Below, piece after piece: positions 38,601 through 53,600 of a stretch of DNA of 64,000 nucleotides. Position 1 is the stretch's first letter; the number at the start of each line of letters is the position of its first letter. The notes under the pieces were generated by a model. That model was not told the origin of the DNA, searched no databases, and saw only the letters and a list, made by a program, of their open reading frames with translations. Both the position numbers and the translations under genes were made by a program. Location: NCBI GenBank assembly GCA_040954595.2, contig CM082577.2, positions 4,886,301-4,950,300 on the forward strand, given 5' to 3'. The stretch is from Balanoglossus misakiensis (lineage: Eukaryota > Animalia > Hemichordata).

Positions 38601-41600
38601 CCAAGATCAAGTGTCATTGAAGGCCAGTATATAATATCATTGATAAAGCATACGTCCTCCGTTAGCAAATTAAACTCTGGCGAAACATAATCTAAGTCAA
38701 CGAAAGGTCTCATCTCACTATACTGACAGACTATATAATCTTAGCCAAAATCATACATGTGATGCTATGTGATGCTGTGCTTGTATGCTATAATATTTTA
38801 TTATGCCGCACCACAGTACACTACACTGCAGTATACTACACTACGTATTTTGCATAAAGTTCCATCAAATGCTGGACGCACATGCACGCATGCAAGTAAG
38901 GGCAGACGCACGCACGCAAACTCACTCACCCTAAGATAAGCCTGCCTCTGTCGCTTGGCTTTGTACAAAGCCTGCAGTTTGATGTAGCCCTGCCTCATCT
39001 TCTTGTAACGCCTCCTGTCAATCATCTTTCTGGTGTAACTCTGGATGATGACTGCCGACTTCTGCATCTGCAAGTACCGCTTTCTGGCGAGGTACGATCG
39101 CACGTACTTCTGAATGATGATGGTGGCGTGCTTGAGTAGAATGGACCGCTCATACTCCAGGTCTGCCTCTAGGTTTTCTCTCATGAAAACCTAAGAAACA
39201 CAAACATCAAAAATTTGTTAAATATGCAATCTTTCAACATTTCTAGCCTTAGTGTTGCCAACTAATAATCACTGGTATCTATGGTAACATCTTTATAGAC
39301 AAGTTCATTTTCCTGCCACCATTAAGAGTTTTCTATGATACAGTTTCCATGTATTTTTGTCCTGTAAATCAGCACACATCTCTGTACGAAACATGTGCAA
39401 ATTTTAGGACTAATTTTTTAGGACATTTTGAACTGGTAGAATGCAATGTCTTTGCCTCACCTTCGTTTGGCCAAGCTGGTGCATTTTCTCGTACTTGGTT
39501 CCCATCTTGCGGAGAATGGTGAGACACACCTCCTTGGGATGAGATCTGGCGTGGAATGATGTGGGTCCGATCAAACACCGATACCTGCGTGAAACAGAAA
39601 AAACAACATCATTTTTTGCCTGTGTATACCAAGGCTTTTTAAACCAACAATCCTATCTACACAAACACTCCAAATTTGGCCTCTAAACGCTTGTTATTAA
39701 CATCAGCTAACCATGTTACGAAGATCTCCAGCCTTTTTTCTAACAGTTAACAAATTCAGACTTTCTGAAAACAAGTCAAAATTGGACAACTCACTCAACT
39801 TGGACAGAGTTGGACAGAAACACTGTTGAGCGTTATGATGACTGTAGGCTAAAGAATTTCTAGTACAATAAATATGTCCATGAACTTGTGTATTGGTTCA
39901 AATTATATTTACCAGCATATTTTACAGTTCATCACAAAAGTATCAGGGTGTTTTCCCCTTACATTTCATTATGAAAATACTGCTTCCAATTTAGATAACA
40001 TGTAAATACCAGATAAAAAGTTTCAAAACCCACCTTGCAGGTGGATTTGAACACCATTCCAGACTCAATTTTTTTTTTTTTATTCACCCTTGTCTCTTTG
40101 ATATCATGATTTGCATCACGCATTAATATTCATCTCTTATTTTAGTAAGCATTCCAATTATGTTTGTTCTGTCCTGACCTTATACATGAAAGCCCCTCTC
40201 CTTGAAAATTGCTGGTAGTATTGAACGGAAATTACGCACACTGACTGAAACAAATACTCTTTGGACAAATACACAATATGTCAAACTGGTATTATATATT
40301 GAATACAATATCTGCAAATGATGGAACCCTATACACTCAATAAGGTGACACTGGATTCAGTTGAGGCTTATACATGCACTAATCAACTAATCCTTCAACA
40401 TACTTTTATCATATGATACACTGGCACTGTTAGTGTTATTAACAAACAAAGGGAGCTAGAGTAATCTGAAATCACTTTATCAGTGAAAAATTACCGGTAC
40501 AGTGGAAACGAAATTTTGGCTGGGTGTGAGTTGCAGTCAAGAAAATGTAAGGCAATGTTGATGTTTGTCCATGAGTAGAAGATCTGAACATGGTCCAGAC
40601 ACGAAAGTGACCATACATGCATGTTTGATGGTGATGTTTGGGGTTGGGTGAAAGATATCAACGATGGCAATGAAAGTAGCCGGTGTTGAATTAGAAGTGA
40701 GAAACTATTTACATCATGGAATAGCGATATTACCAACAAAAATGATTACAGATCACGTTAAGAGCCACTAACCTACACTATGGCCAGCAGATCTATGAAT
40801 GTCATTATAGCTTTAAGACTGCAGCACTTTGAAACATTAGACTATTTCAGAGTCTATGGACGCAGGTATGGCTAATAATGTATTAAGCTTACCTGTTTGC
40901 AAAGGTCACAAAGTTCAGTCGGATCGGGAAGCCCATTTTCCGGATGCGTATGGTTTCCAGCATTCCTGAGTAACGCAGCTGTTCCAAGACCAACTGCGGC
41001 TCAAACAGCATGGGTGCTTTGTCGTTGTTTGGTTTGATGCAGCGGACAAAGAATGGATTGCATCTGTGTACGGGGGAAAAATTGAGACGTTGAATTTCTT
41101 GTAAGAGAAGATGTTTGTAACCTGAAGGTCCCATGTTTACAACAAGACCACCTGTCACCTTTGTATTACACTCAATGTTTGCCCTATTTGGTTTCTTCAA
41201 GTGAATTTTTAGCAATCAGATATCTTATCAGAACTTACACAAAAATTAGTCATTTTCAAACTCACATGAATCGGTGATCATCATGCAAAAGTTTGGATAC
41301 TGTGGAATAATCATTTTTTGAGAATTTTGCAAAAAGCTGGTAAACATTGTTATTTATTTCACATTTTTAGTGAAGGACTCCCAACAAAAATACTTTCACG
41401 TGAGCACTGCAGCAGTTTCAAATATGAAAATCAGTATACACATTCATCCAGTGCGATATTACAGAATGATGGATGGGATGCGGAGATCACTTACTGTGAC
41501 ATGGCATCGATCAGTTCCGCCAATGAATCGTTGAACCTGTTGGCAACGGTAGAGGCTCTCATCCTCTTCAATGTGTTGGTGGAACCGGTGGCTCTACTGA

Positions 41601-44600
41601 AAGTCCTGGCCATCTCATACTCTCTGTGCCTCTTGAACATATGTGCCACCATCTGTAGAAGAAACACAGCGTTAAATGTCAATAGTGTTCTCTAATAAAG
41701 GGACCTGATGTAATGTGATATGATTATATGATATAATTTTAATGGTTAACATCACATCCTTGGGAGATTCAGAACGTAACGAAGTTCTGTACTCACAGGT
41801 GATTTGCTTTCTATGAGTATTTCCACCACGTCCGATCGCAGATGGTCCCGGTTCTTGTCCAGGAATCTTGCCACTTGGTAGATGACCGGCCCTGCATAGT
41901 GCCTGACGCCAAACTCTGGTGTGGGCATCTTTGGTTTTGCAAAGTACGGGTTTTTGGCATGCTGCTGGTTGACTTTGTCCAGGAACGACTGATCAGAGGC
42001 CTGTCATTAAAGGGATAATTGAAACAATGCAATTAAATTCATATTGAAAGGAAACACTGATATCAGAATCAAATACGACAGCTGCCGTGACATTTCACAC
42101 CAGACGCACTCAACACTGTCTGCACTACAAGAAGATCATACATCTCAGTCAAAACTTGTTATAGCTTCAATCAATATAAACATAACTATAAAAGGCTCAC
42201 TAGGTTGCCTAAGTTTAAGTAGTCTACTTGTACTTTAGGTGCTGGTGGACATTGTGAACCATCTGATAATCTTTCTTTAGGCTTACTACAGATCTTATTT
42301 TTCATATTCTTTTTTGTAACCTACACTGAGATACATCATTTTGAAGGCCTTATGGCGAGAAAATGTACTGTACAATAAGCTGTTGGCTTTACCTTTGGGA
42401 AGCTGCTTTCATCATCCAGTAGATGAAGGATACCAATAGGTCTCTTGCTGATCAAATCTATACAGGGTTGGTTGTCTGTGAAACTGATGTGTTTCCATGG
42501 TATCTTCTCGCGGGAATACTCTTGCTACCATTGTTACAAAAGAAGAGTGTTACAACTTAGAGGACCATATTTGACAACTGTACCACCCACAATTTATCAG
42601 AAAATTAGTCCAAAGCTCACTCACCTGTTCCAGTTTGAATATGTGTTTATTGAAATAGTACTGTAGTGTTTCATTTGCATAGTTGATGCATAGTTGTTCA
42701 AAACTGTTCCAGCGGAATACCTAATGATCATGCAAAAAAAGAGAGAGAGACACAATGAAATCACTTTCTCTTACTTGGCTGGCATGAGGAAACCAGAAGG
42801 GTGTACTGAAGTGTACAGTCTGAGAGTTTGAAACCCATACATGTACCAATCAATGTTGATGAGTGAGTGAGTGAGTCTTATAAATGCTCACACTGTCTCT
42901 GATAGTGATGGTGTAAACAGCAACTTCATGTGTCCTGGAGCTTGCACACTACACTTCATGTTCCAGTTTTTATTAATTCAGTCAAATCTCACTTTCAGCT
43001 GGACACACAAGAGACTGAGACCCCAAATCATCACGAATGATGCATATATAGACTTACTTCAAATCCGAAGATATCCAATATTGCAATGGAAGTGATTCTC
43101 TGTCCCTGTGAGACAATGGAATTGACTCTCTCCACCAGCCAGGTGAACAGACGTGCGTACAAGGCCTTGGCTATGGCATCTCTGCAAGTAAAATACCAGG
43201 TGATATGTCAGTTTTCGGTTAACTATAGGGGAAAGTATGATTTCAAAGTCAATGTCACCTGCACACACACTCTCCCTCTCTCACTTGGTCTATGGGGAAT
43301 TGCTGTGTTATCACAGTTTGATGTCACCATAAAACTCACCTTGCATCACAGGCCTGCTCATACGTCAGAGGAGTCAGGATTCTCTCATCGCGAGTTTCCT
43401 GGAAAGTGAAAAGAAAGTTTACAATTACATGTATAAGTCAAAAGTAATGTTGTCTGATATAATTCAGTGAATTTCACAGCCGGTTATGTTTCACAAACAT
43501 CTATATAACTTACTGTAAGCCTGTAGGTCACTGATCTTTCCAGAGATTCTTGTGGTAACTGTAAAAACTTGGCAGCTAGTTTGATTTCCGACTGGTTCTC
43601 AATGATCAGTGTGTCATGCCCACTCTGCCAAAAAAAATATAAAAAAATATTATTATTACTGTAGAATCACCTTTCAAATAGAACTTTTTCCACAAAGACA
43701 CTTTTGTCCGTGAATATTACCGGTAGCTCAGAAACAAAACGTAATTGTACTTTATTCCCTGTTGATGACTGTCCTCAAATATGAATCATTCATTTCATCT
43801 GACCCACTAAGCATCAGACAGGGCCAGGAAACAAATGAGTCTATCCACGTACAAAGTCTTAAAGAAACCCCTCACCTTTGGATAAACTAATTGTACATTT
43901 CCTAGATGCAGTACTGATGCCAAGATACCAAAGATGGTCTCTTGTTCCGTCGGATGGAATCCCAACACCTCCATGGCCGACACAAGACGGATGAAATCTT
44001 CCGAGTCTTTCTTGTTGTCTATCCTGATGCTGCCACCCTGAAACATTAAAGGAAAACAAAAAATCAGAACACTGTCAGAGGTTTAAGTTGAATACTGATG
44101 AAAGTAACTTCCAAATCAAGGCGACTAACAGTGGCAGACAGAATTGCAATGTCCCATATCTCATAACTTAAGAAGCCAATGAATTTTTCAGCCAAGATTT
44201 CAATACCGACAGTATCACAGAAGTCACATAGGTGATGGTTGCTGAAAATAGTGCCATTATGAAGAATCGGCCAAACCAATGCTCGCCTACTAAATACTGA
44301 CATCTCACATACCTAACATCAGCCATAAACATTTCAAGTCTAGCCTATACTCTTACTCAGCTAGATCTCCTACCTGATTGAGATAGTTGTACTTGTCTGC
44401 ACTGTGCAGGCCATACTTGGCTCTCTCCTGAGGAGACAGACCGGCCAACATCTCATAGAACACGTGGTAGTTTCTCTCATCCGGGGTTTGGTTAACGATC
44501 CTCGACTTCTCCAGTAAGTAATCTGTAGTGACAGCACCAGTAATCACACCCCTGAATGAGAAAAAAAATAATGAATGAAATTGACGATTTTTTTGTCCAT

Positions 44601-47600
44601 TACAAGATTTCACGAGATATGTGTGCAACAGGTTGCTCACCAAGTAATACAAGTCAAGCTTTGAATTAGAATTGTTGCAGAGTTTAACAAAACCATTTCA
44701 CACGATGGGCTATGTGCTGTTTGTGCTGTGTCACATGAGAAAGTCCTCCTATACAAACTGCCAAGCCACATGAGATCTTGCAGGTTCTCCTTGGGTTCAG
44801 GAAATGGTCTATTGAGTACTGTCTTTCAATCTTATTGTACTCGATGTATCATTAAAGTCTTCTGACCAAATATCAGTACTACCATTCTATAAGAGCTGAA
44901 CAAATTTCCATCCAGAAAAGCATTAGATCACACATGTTAATAGACTTTTTACGTAGTCAGAACTTACCCACTGAAGAAGACTTCGATGTACTTTCCAAAT
45001 CGACTTGAGTTGTCATTTCTTACTGTCTTGGCATTTCCAAAAGATTCCAGCAGGGGATTGGCTTCTAGAATCTGAATGTGATAAAATGGATAAACACATT
45101 AGAAAAAAACAGAACTAATCTATGGGTGATAAATTGTTGCCAAATTTCGCAGAGGTGAAAGTTTCGACAAACTATAAAGCATGAATGTACCTGTTCAGTT
45201 ATGATATTATTTGAGGATTTATTGACAGCTGCCAGATACTGCATAATTAGTTTAGTACTCTCTGTCTTGCCGGCCCCACTCTCGCCGCTGATGACCACAA
45301 CTTGATTTTCGTTGTTTTTGGACATTCTTGCATAGGCTCCGCTGCCAATGGCGAATAGATGTCTGCAAAATAAAACACACACAACACCGTTAGGGTTATA
45401 CACAACGGACAATCAATCAAGCTTCGGAAAATATTTGAAATTCACTTTTTAGGTTCCTTTGTAGACAGTCGATTTTTTGTGCATTCTTTGCGGAGGAATT
45501 TGGAAGTACGTGGAAAATCCCATTAAAGACACAATTCGATAATGTCTGATTATTGATTTTCTTTCAACAAATTGGAACAAATTGTCTCTAATTAAACCCA
45601 TGAAAATGGTATTTCACTGAAGGAATATGCAGTCAATTTAAAATGAGCACCTTTTGACATTTCCTACAAAGTAGACCAAATTTGATAACAGACATAACTC
45701 ATTTTTCAGGCAGGAAAGCTAATTGCGGAATATTTATCTGTCAAACTTGTCAGAGAATATTTGACAGCTGTTGAAAACCAGAGACATCCATTAAACACAG
45801 CCAACTACAATTAAATTACATACACTCCGCTTCCAATTTCAATGACTGTATTAGGTCAGCTGTACAAACTGCTCGGTGAAAATGTCAGCTCGAGTTTCCA
45901 TTCAGAGTTCTACCTCTATAATCCAATATTGACAACTAAGGTACGGGACACAGTTGGAAAGCCAATTTTCCGTCGCAAAACTTCTGTTACATTAGTCATG
46001 CAAGATGACATGCTCGAACCAGACTAAAATGAATCATTTCACTCAGAATGCCACAATAAAGGGGAACTTCTCTCCTTCCCACAATTTTAAGCATGGATTT
46101 AAAATTACCCAGGGGGATTAAAAATGACTTAATATAATTAAAGCCTTCCCATAATTTTAAGTGGAGATTTGGAATTTACTAAGGAGATCGAAAAAGGGCT
46201 ATCCTACTCAGTCATTTTACTGTTGATGTTTGACAGATGGGGTCATGGGCTAGCCAAACTGCACAAATCCCTCAACCCCACAGCTTACATGAAACACTGT
46301 AAAATGCATTTTAGGAGACTTACGGTGGAAGATGGCCGATAAGCTGTCCTTCATACTTCTTGACCATCTCAATTCCGTATATGTCAAACATTTTGTATGG
46401 GTTGACAGCTACTAAAATACTGCCAGTATAAGTCTAGAAAAAAATGCATCAATTGATTAGTTTAGTGAGTAACATTGCAGGAGAGATAATTCTCTCAAAT
46501 ACTATGAATTCAATAAACAGAATTATGTAGAAATAAAGTTTGGAGTTTTAAAAAGTTTTGTGACATAGTGTACTTACATATATTTGTTTTTTGTTATATC
46601 TCTGTTTGAGATTTACAAGAATGGCACCCTCATGCAGGTCTCTGTTGAGGAATGAAAACATGGATTAAATAACCATATTTTTATATTACAACAAAACTGC
46701 TCAAATATGTCCATATACTGTGTGAACAAAGCCTTTAGGCTGCATTCACAAACACCTCTGGAGGGGGGGGCGGGAGAATTCAATTTTTTTTACCGCTAAT
46801 TTTCACATGCCCCCCTTCCGAACTGCCAATATTTTCAAATCCCCCCCTTCCGAACTGCCAAAATTTTGAAATCCCCCCCCCCCTCCCATTTTCTTTCACA
46901 GAGCAAAACACATCACCTATCTATCTTGTAAAAAGAAAAACAGCGCTCCCATGAAAAGAATTTGAAACTGATGTTTCCCCTCATCAGTGGGTATTAAAAC
47001 TGCACATTGTTTTTATTTTTTAAGTACATATATTTGTATTCTGTGTTGGGAGACATTGTAAACCGAGAATTGAAGGGGGTGGGTTTGGGAGGGGGTGTCC
47101 CCCTCCCACGTAAGAAAATTGTATAAAATACAGAGCTCAAAACTGCATTTTAATGAACGCGGCAAAAGCAAATTAACTCAACTACCGGTATGTTGGGGAG
47201 GACAAATTTAACCGTCGCCGCTCAAAGTTATCATGCAGTGGGGGCAAGTCCCCTGACCTGGGACACTAGATAAACCAGTCAATGATTGAAAGGTGTTGAT
47301 GAATGGAGGGGGTGGGTGTGGGAGGGGGTGTCCCCCTCCCACATTAGAAAATTTTGTAAAATAAAGGGCGCGAAACTGCATTTTTGTGGACTCAAAATAA
47401 ATATTTAGTCGTTAAAGTTTTCAAGTCCCCCCCTTTCAGTCCCTAAATTATTTCAAATCCCCCCCCTTACATACCCTCAATTTTTTCAAATCCCCCCCCT
47501 CAATTCTCCTGCCCCCCCCCCTCCAGAGGTGTTTGTGAATGCAGCCTTACTCAAACATAACATATAGGACAAACTCATGAAGCAGTTTACAATATCAGCA

Positions 47601-50600
47601 ATTATCATTGTGGACCTCTTTGCTTGGTGTCCAGTTTGTTATGTAGCATTCACTGTCAAGTGATCAACACTTCTCAGAATCTGCTTTATCAATTCCTACG
47701 GGCTGTGTCCTCAATTACCCATCACAGCAACTTTTCACAGAAAACATCTGGGAAGATATCGGCAGTACATGGTGAAGACAGCATCAAAGAGAAATTGCTG
47801 ATTTTGACAAATGTTATTATTTTATCTCACCTCAGCTGTATCATATCATCCATGCCAGTTTCCACAGCATCATAGCGTATCCTCAAGCTGTTTGGATCCC
47901 TGATTTTATGGATCTATTAAAATCAGACGAAACAGAGTTAGACTTTATAGGACCATTTCAGAATAAAATGTCACACTGTCTATTGCTTTATTTTATTGAT
48001 GTCTGATACCAAAAGCTGCCATGAGATATAGGTACAACCATTTCATTATGCGTGTTTTTTTCTGCATATTGTTTTATTTTGAGGCATGGCCATTTCATTT
48101 CTATGTTCCAGAGGTCTTGACAACACATTCCACCAGGTAGTTCTAATACGCAAATATATTGACTGAGGTTATTTAGATATGTGTTGTTGTGTCAGACTGA
48201 ACAGGTGATGGAAATGACACATCTACTCAGAATTTCAAAAATATATTTTTTTCAAGAAAATCCACCCCCTTGTATCAACTCCACTTTAAGTTTACACTAC
48301 TACAGTCACTCCCATTCTACAGAATATTGATTTTCTATATTTTATGTCTATTATATCACGTGTGGCCTCTTGTCCTAAAGGTTATCGATTTTCTATATTT
48401 TATTACTATGTTCCTGTGACCTTTGCAAGCCAGAGTACAGTCACTGACAATGACCCTATTGTTTAGATCTCACCTAAAGAGTTCACAGGCAACCTTTCAA
48501 ATTAAAGGAGTGAAAAAAGACATTCTTTCTACCAAACTTTTTCACGTAGACACAGTATCTGTTGGGTGCTGATTCACTTGACACATTTACGCATTGCTGG
48601 AGTCGAAATTGGCGTGTCGTCAAGATTTGTTCCATTACATGTACTGTTTATCTGGGTGAGACAGACTGTATTGATTTCTTGCAAGAAATGCAAGACTTCT
48701 TGATGAAAAGCCTGGCACCTTGATGTTTAGTTAAAGCCCATATCGTGTACAATTTATTGATTTGGGACAGTTGTACAGACTGTTTAATTTGCATTTGCAT
48801 GCGACACTAGCTTATTGATTGACCTAGAATTAGGGGGAGGGGGTAGGGAAATCTGTTACAGGATATGGGCTGTGAAATAATGTCACCCTACGGGGACAAC
48901 AACCCCTCCCCCAGGGAATTGACAAAATAGGGGACTTATAGCCTCTTGGTTTGGGAACATCAGAATCTTGTTATAACTACAGAAAGTTTGGATTTAACAA
49001 GAAACACAGAATTTTCCCTGAAAAAATATATCTTAGGATGAGTTACACTTTCACATTCAACTTTTTTACAAATTCTAAAATTTTTTGCAACATACCTGTC
49101 CATCCAGCACACTCTTGACTTGCATGATCCTGCCGGCCGAGTGCACCACTTCGCCAGGGACGGGGAACCCAATCCCGGCATCAAACCAAACCATCTGACC
49201 CTGTAAATGGAATACAGAAACACCCCATGAAGTGAAATGTGCTTGAAAAGAATAATGGCACTTATTTAATTTCTGCCAAGTGAGCAACTTGAAAAACACG
49301 ACTTCACCATCAATATGAGTAATAAATAGATAGATCATAGAAAAATAAATAAACTGTAAACAAATAAATAAATTAAAAAAATAAATAAATAATCAATCAA
49401 TCAATACATTTGCTTTCTGGGCTGCACACTTTAGGAAAGTCCAAAATATTAAAAGAATTGCTCCACTGTTGTGATTGTATGTTTGGTAAGATTTTAATAT
49501 TTTGATAACACCCTTCCAACAGGTGGTTGCAGAGTGTTGTTGGTGCCTTGTGGTCTCTCAATTCTCGTCATCAAAGCTTTTGGTATGAAATTCAGTCACA
49601 GCTTGCCTACATGGTGGGAAGGTGTAGTAATGCATGACTAATGACAAGGCTATCGAATTATTATACCAGTGCAGAACTTTCTGCACCTGTAAGTACTTCT
49701 GTGAATTCATATTATCCCATGGTACGCCAGCCGTGTTCATTATGCTTTGATTGAACGCATACACATATGCTACTATTGATAATTTCGACCACTATCCTGA
49801 TTTTACACTCTGCTCCAAACAGCACAGGGAGCATACAATGTAGTTCACGCCCGAGTTCATCTGCCTGCACATGAACAGGAAGGCTGACTGGTGACTTATG
49901 GTTAGTCAGGTCGGTACGTACAACCATCATAGCTTTGGATCGACACATCCCACAGCACAGCCTATTCATTCTTCAACTCTGGAGGACCTCCAATCCAATG
50001 GTCACTTCCACATCTTGCATCTAAAAGACCTCCACTGTTTTTCTCTCTCAACGGCAGGCATGCACACACACACTCAACGATGACAGTATAACTAAAACTA
50101 CGGGCGGTTCATGTCTCTGGTTGACTGGCTCGGGAGCTGAGGTGGAGGCTTTTCAAACCAAATCAGTACAGTACTTGTGATGACTACTTTCTTATGACTT
50201 GTACCTTTGTTGTACTAAACCCCTTCCTTTGTTGCCATTGTTTACCTAGGCATTGTCGACCGCCTTGAAATGGACATGGCTTTTACCTGGCTCTCTGATC
50301 CACAATACATATAGCTAAACTTTCCAGAAAGAAAAAAAGATTTCACTGAACCTCATCTGCATAGAGAAATGTAACCGACGCACTCCCATTGGCTAATTAG
50401 TGAAGTCGCTTCTTGTACAATGCGCACCGCGACAACTACGTGAAGCTTGGCGGACAACTTTTGAAGTTTTTCAATTTTTTGTTCACTCTCTCTCTTTCAA
50501 AGGAACAGGATGTTTTGTACCTGTGCAGAATCTCACAGCAGGTGACTTAAAGATAACCAAATCTATACTTTTTGATCTCCTGTCAAACACCGCTGGCTAA

Positions 50601-53600
50601 AGTATTGAAACAGCTGTGTCCTTCCGAGAGTTTGCAAATCCAAACACAAGTCTGAAGACGCTTCAGCTATTTTTTTAATACCCAAGAAGATCATTTTCAG
50701 CTGCTTCTAGATACAACTTTCAGTTTCACTGTTTCATTCATGCTTTTGTACCCATTCCAAAACTATACTACATGTATCTTTGGGCCTTTGACACGTACCC
50801 TAGGGTACATTGTACATCATATTCCCACGGGTAAACCACGTTTGACTTCACATCTCCAATCAACTGAACCAAACACTAAATACGCCCACCAATGCTGCAA
50901 GGTAATAGTCAGTGAGTAAACACACCTCTGTCTGGGCCTCTACTGATCGATTGTACTGTATGATTGGCTATCATACCTATACATAACATTACATCATGAC
51001 CTCTAAAAAAAGAATCTAGACTGGGATCCTTCAGTGGGTAAATAATCCTCTGAACAATCAGTAACCGATCCATGCCAAGATCTCTTTCAACAGGTGTTAT
51101 TTAGCAATGATCCATTGGCCAAATTGAAAGCGCCACACACTTTGTCTCCTGCAAATGGAGCATGACACCAGTATGTGTGTACTGTTTATAATGTCTGTAG
51201 CGCCACCCCTGTATTCAGTTTTTGAGAGATATAGAAGGGAATATAAGAACTGCACAGTATATTCGGGTGAGAATCACTTTGAACACTTTTGCCTGACATC
51301 ACTATGGGAACGACAACGCCCTTTTATTGCCAACACACGGCACACATGCACCATACTCTACTGACTGTTCATATAGTGTTTGACCTTTAACATGGACCTT
51401 AAAGGGGGAAGTCAGAGTCCAACCCAGATACATATGAAAGACGTGAAAAATGGACCCCTTAGATAAACGAAAGCCTTATCAAGTACACTGATGACCTGCT
51501 AATAGTTCTGTTCAAGAACTGATTGGCCAATTTGGCTGCACGCACACCACTATCACCTGCAGGAATGCTGAGAGATAGATCATTCTGACAGATTGTAGAC
51601 ACAATGAATTATCCAACTATAGGAAATAACAGTTTGCCCGTCAGCCAGGTCTGTGGGGCAGTCAACTTTTTGGCAGGGCAGATAAAATGAAAGAAAAATT
51701 CTGTCCACCACCAGGATCTGGTTGACATGAACAAGCGTTTTTGAACTTGGAAATGGAAACATTAATAATGTGTGTGTGAGTGTATACAACACCTCTATCT
51801 GCAATGTGAAGTTCATGTAACAGCTTTAAGATTGTGATTCTAATCATATATTTAGCTTATATATTTCTATGATGCATAATATCAAAACAAGGAACTTTAT
51901 GAAGAATTATATCCCCTGACCCCTGATTGTTATTTTTCATGGAATTTGTGGTGCATCATACATTAGTTTACTCATTAGATCATTCTAGAATTCTGACCAA
52001 GCCGTGCCAGCCACAATGTTCCTTGTTTGAATCTACATAAATTATGTTATGGCACTTTTTTGAGGTCATGGGGAAATGACGAAGTCAGATGTGATTTCCC
52101 ATGATGCAATTCTGCTAGGTTGGTGAAGTCATGAAGTTTACGTCCATTAGTATTAAAACTCAATGGATATTTTCGCTACGTTTAATATTGCCATCAATGT
52201 TTCATTTGGCAGTGAGAGCACAGATGCATAGAGGAGTGTGGCAAATAATAAAAGTAATTTAAATTTATGGAGGGAAGTAGAACATCAAAGTAGATGAGTT
52301 TCCCATTCATACTTTATGAATGTGAATCAAGGACTTTCTAGTACTTGGTCTGTGATATACAGCAGGATGGACAAAGGGAAGCCCCTAAGTAAGGTGAACT
52401 GGAAATTCACAAGGAACCGTTGTACCTGCGAGAGAAGGCAAATACCTGTAGGGATAATTACTGCTGTACCTTTGAATCAAAAGAATTCCCAGCAGGATTT
52501 GAACAACCCTTGCTCGTGGTCTGAAAACGTTAGTGTGGGAATTTTCCTCCGTTATTTAAGTGTGTTTTTCAGTCCCGAAGGAACGACGTTATTTATCTCA
52601 CAGGGATTAATCAAATCATCAACTTCACCGGACATTGTATCAGCATACATGTGCGTACATTACAGTACACTGAATGCTAGAAGGACATTTTCATGCAAAG
52701 GGGGTAATAAAACCCAACAAAGATAACAATGCAATGTACATGTATTCTGTATTTATTGAGTGTTTGTGAGAAAATTGCTTTTTGAAGGGCCAACATGAAA
52801 TTTAATATTATTGAATGAATTTAAGATCAGAGGTTTCGATTTAAGAAAGTAGCTCCCCGTTACAAGTATTGGATGGACTACGGGTCTACATATATGTTTG
52901 GGGAATACCTTCTGATGTTATAATTTGCCTGCAATTGCAATGTGTTCATGATACATGTATTGTCAACATGGGAGAGCAACTGCACTATTATGGCTTCCAA
53001 AGAAATTACCAAGGAAGGTCAAATGATTTGGTTACCAGGCAACAGTTGCTATGTACCGACTGCTCAATCATGAACTAATAAGTGGAGGATATTTCAGTTG
53101 CGACATTTACATACATCCTCGATGTGACACAGCTGACAACATCACACACTACACAAAGAGATAATGGCATGGCAAGGGATACACTAGCTCTTCAAGTTAA
53201 GCTCAGATTTCAAAATTGGTCTAACTGGGATCGGTTCTTACTTCTATGGTTGACGGCATCTTGAATACTCCAATACTGATTTGACAAGGCACTACTTCGT
53301 AGCAGAGAGGTAAATTATTGCTGTCAATTCAGTATTCAAGTGTTCAAAGGTGCTTCGAAGAAAGTGATGTCAAAACAGACAAGTTTGGTTATTTTCAGCC
53401 CGAATATGGATCTGTGAATGTTGATGAATATGGCAGACAATCCTAACGTGTCAATGGCAAATAAAGCAATTGAATTTGACATACATGTACATGTAATTCA
53501 TGGTCTATATAATACTATGTACTGAAGTACAGTGCGACCCCCCACACTACATGTAAATCATGGTTAATCAGCCAAGCCCAAGATAGGTCATGGTTCTCAA

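Noticed and set aside
11518-49200. Myosin VII or X assignment
   Set aside because: Three IQ motifs, no PH domains, a long low-complexity insert splitting FERM1 and the VWFD..G.P.PGE N-terminus fit class XV better; a phylogeny would be needed to confirm
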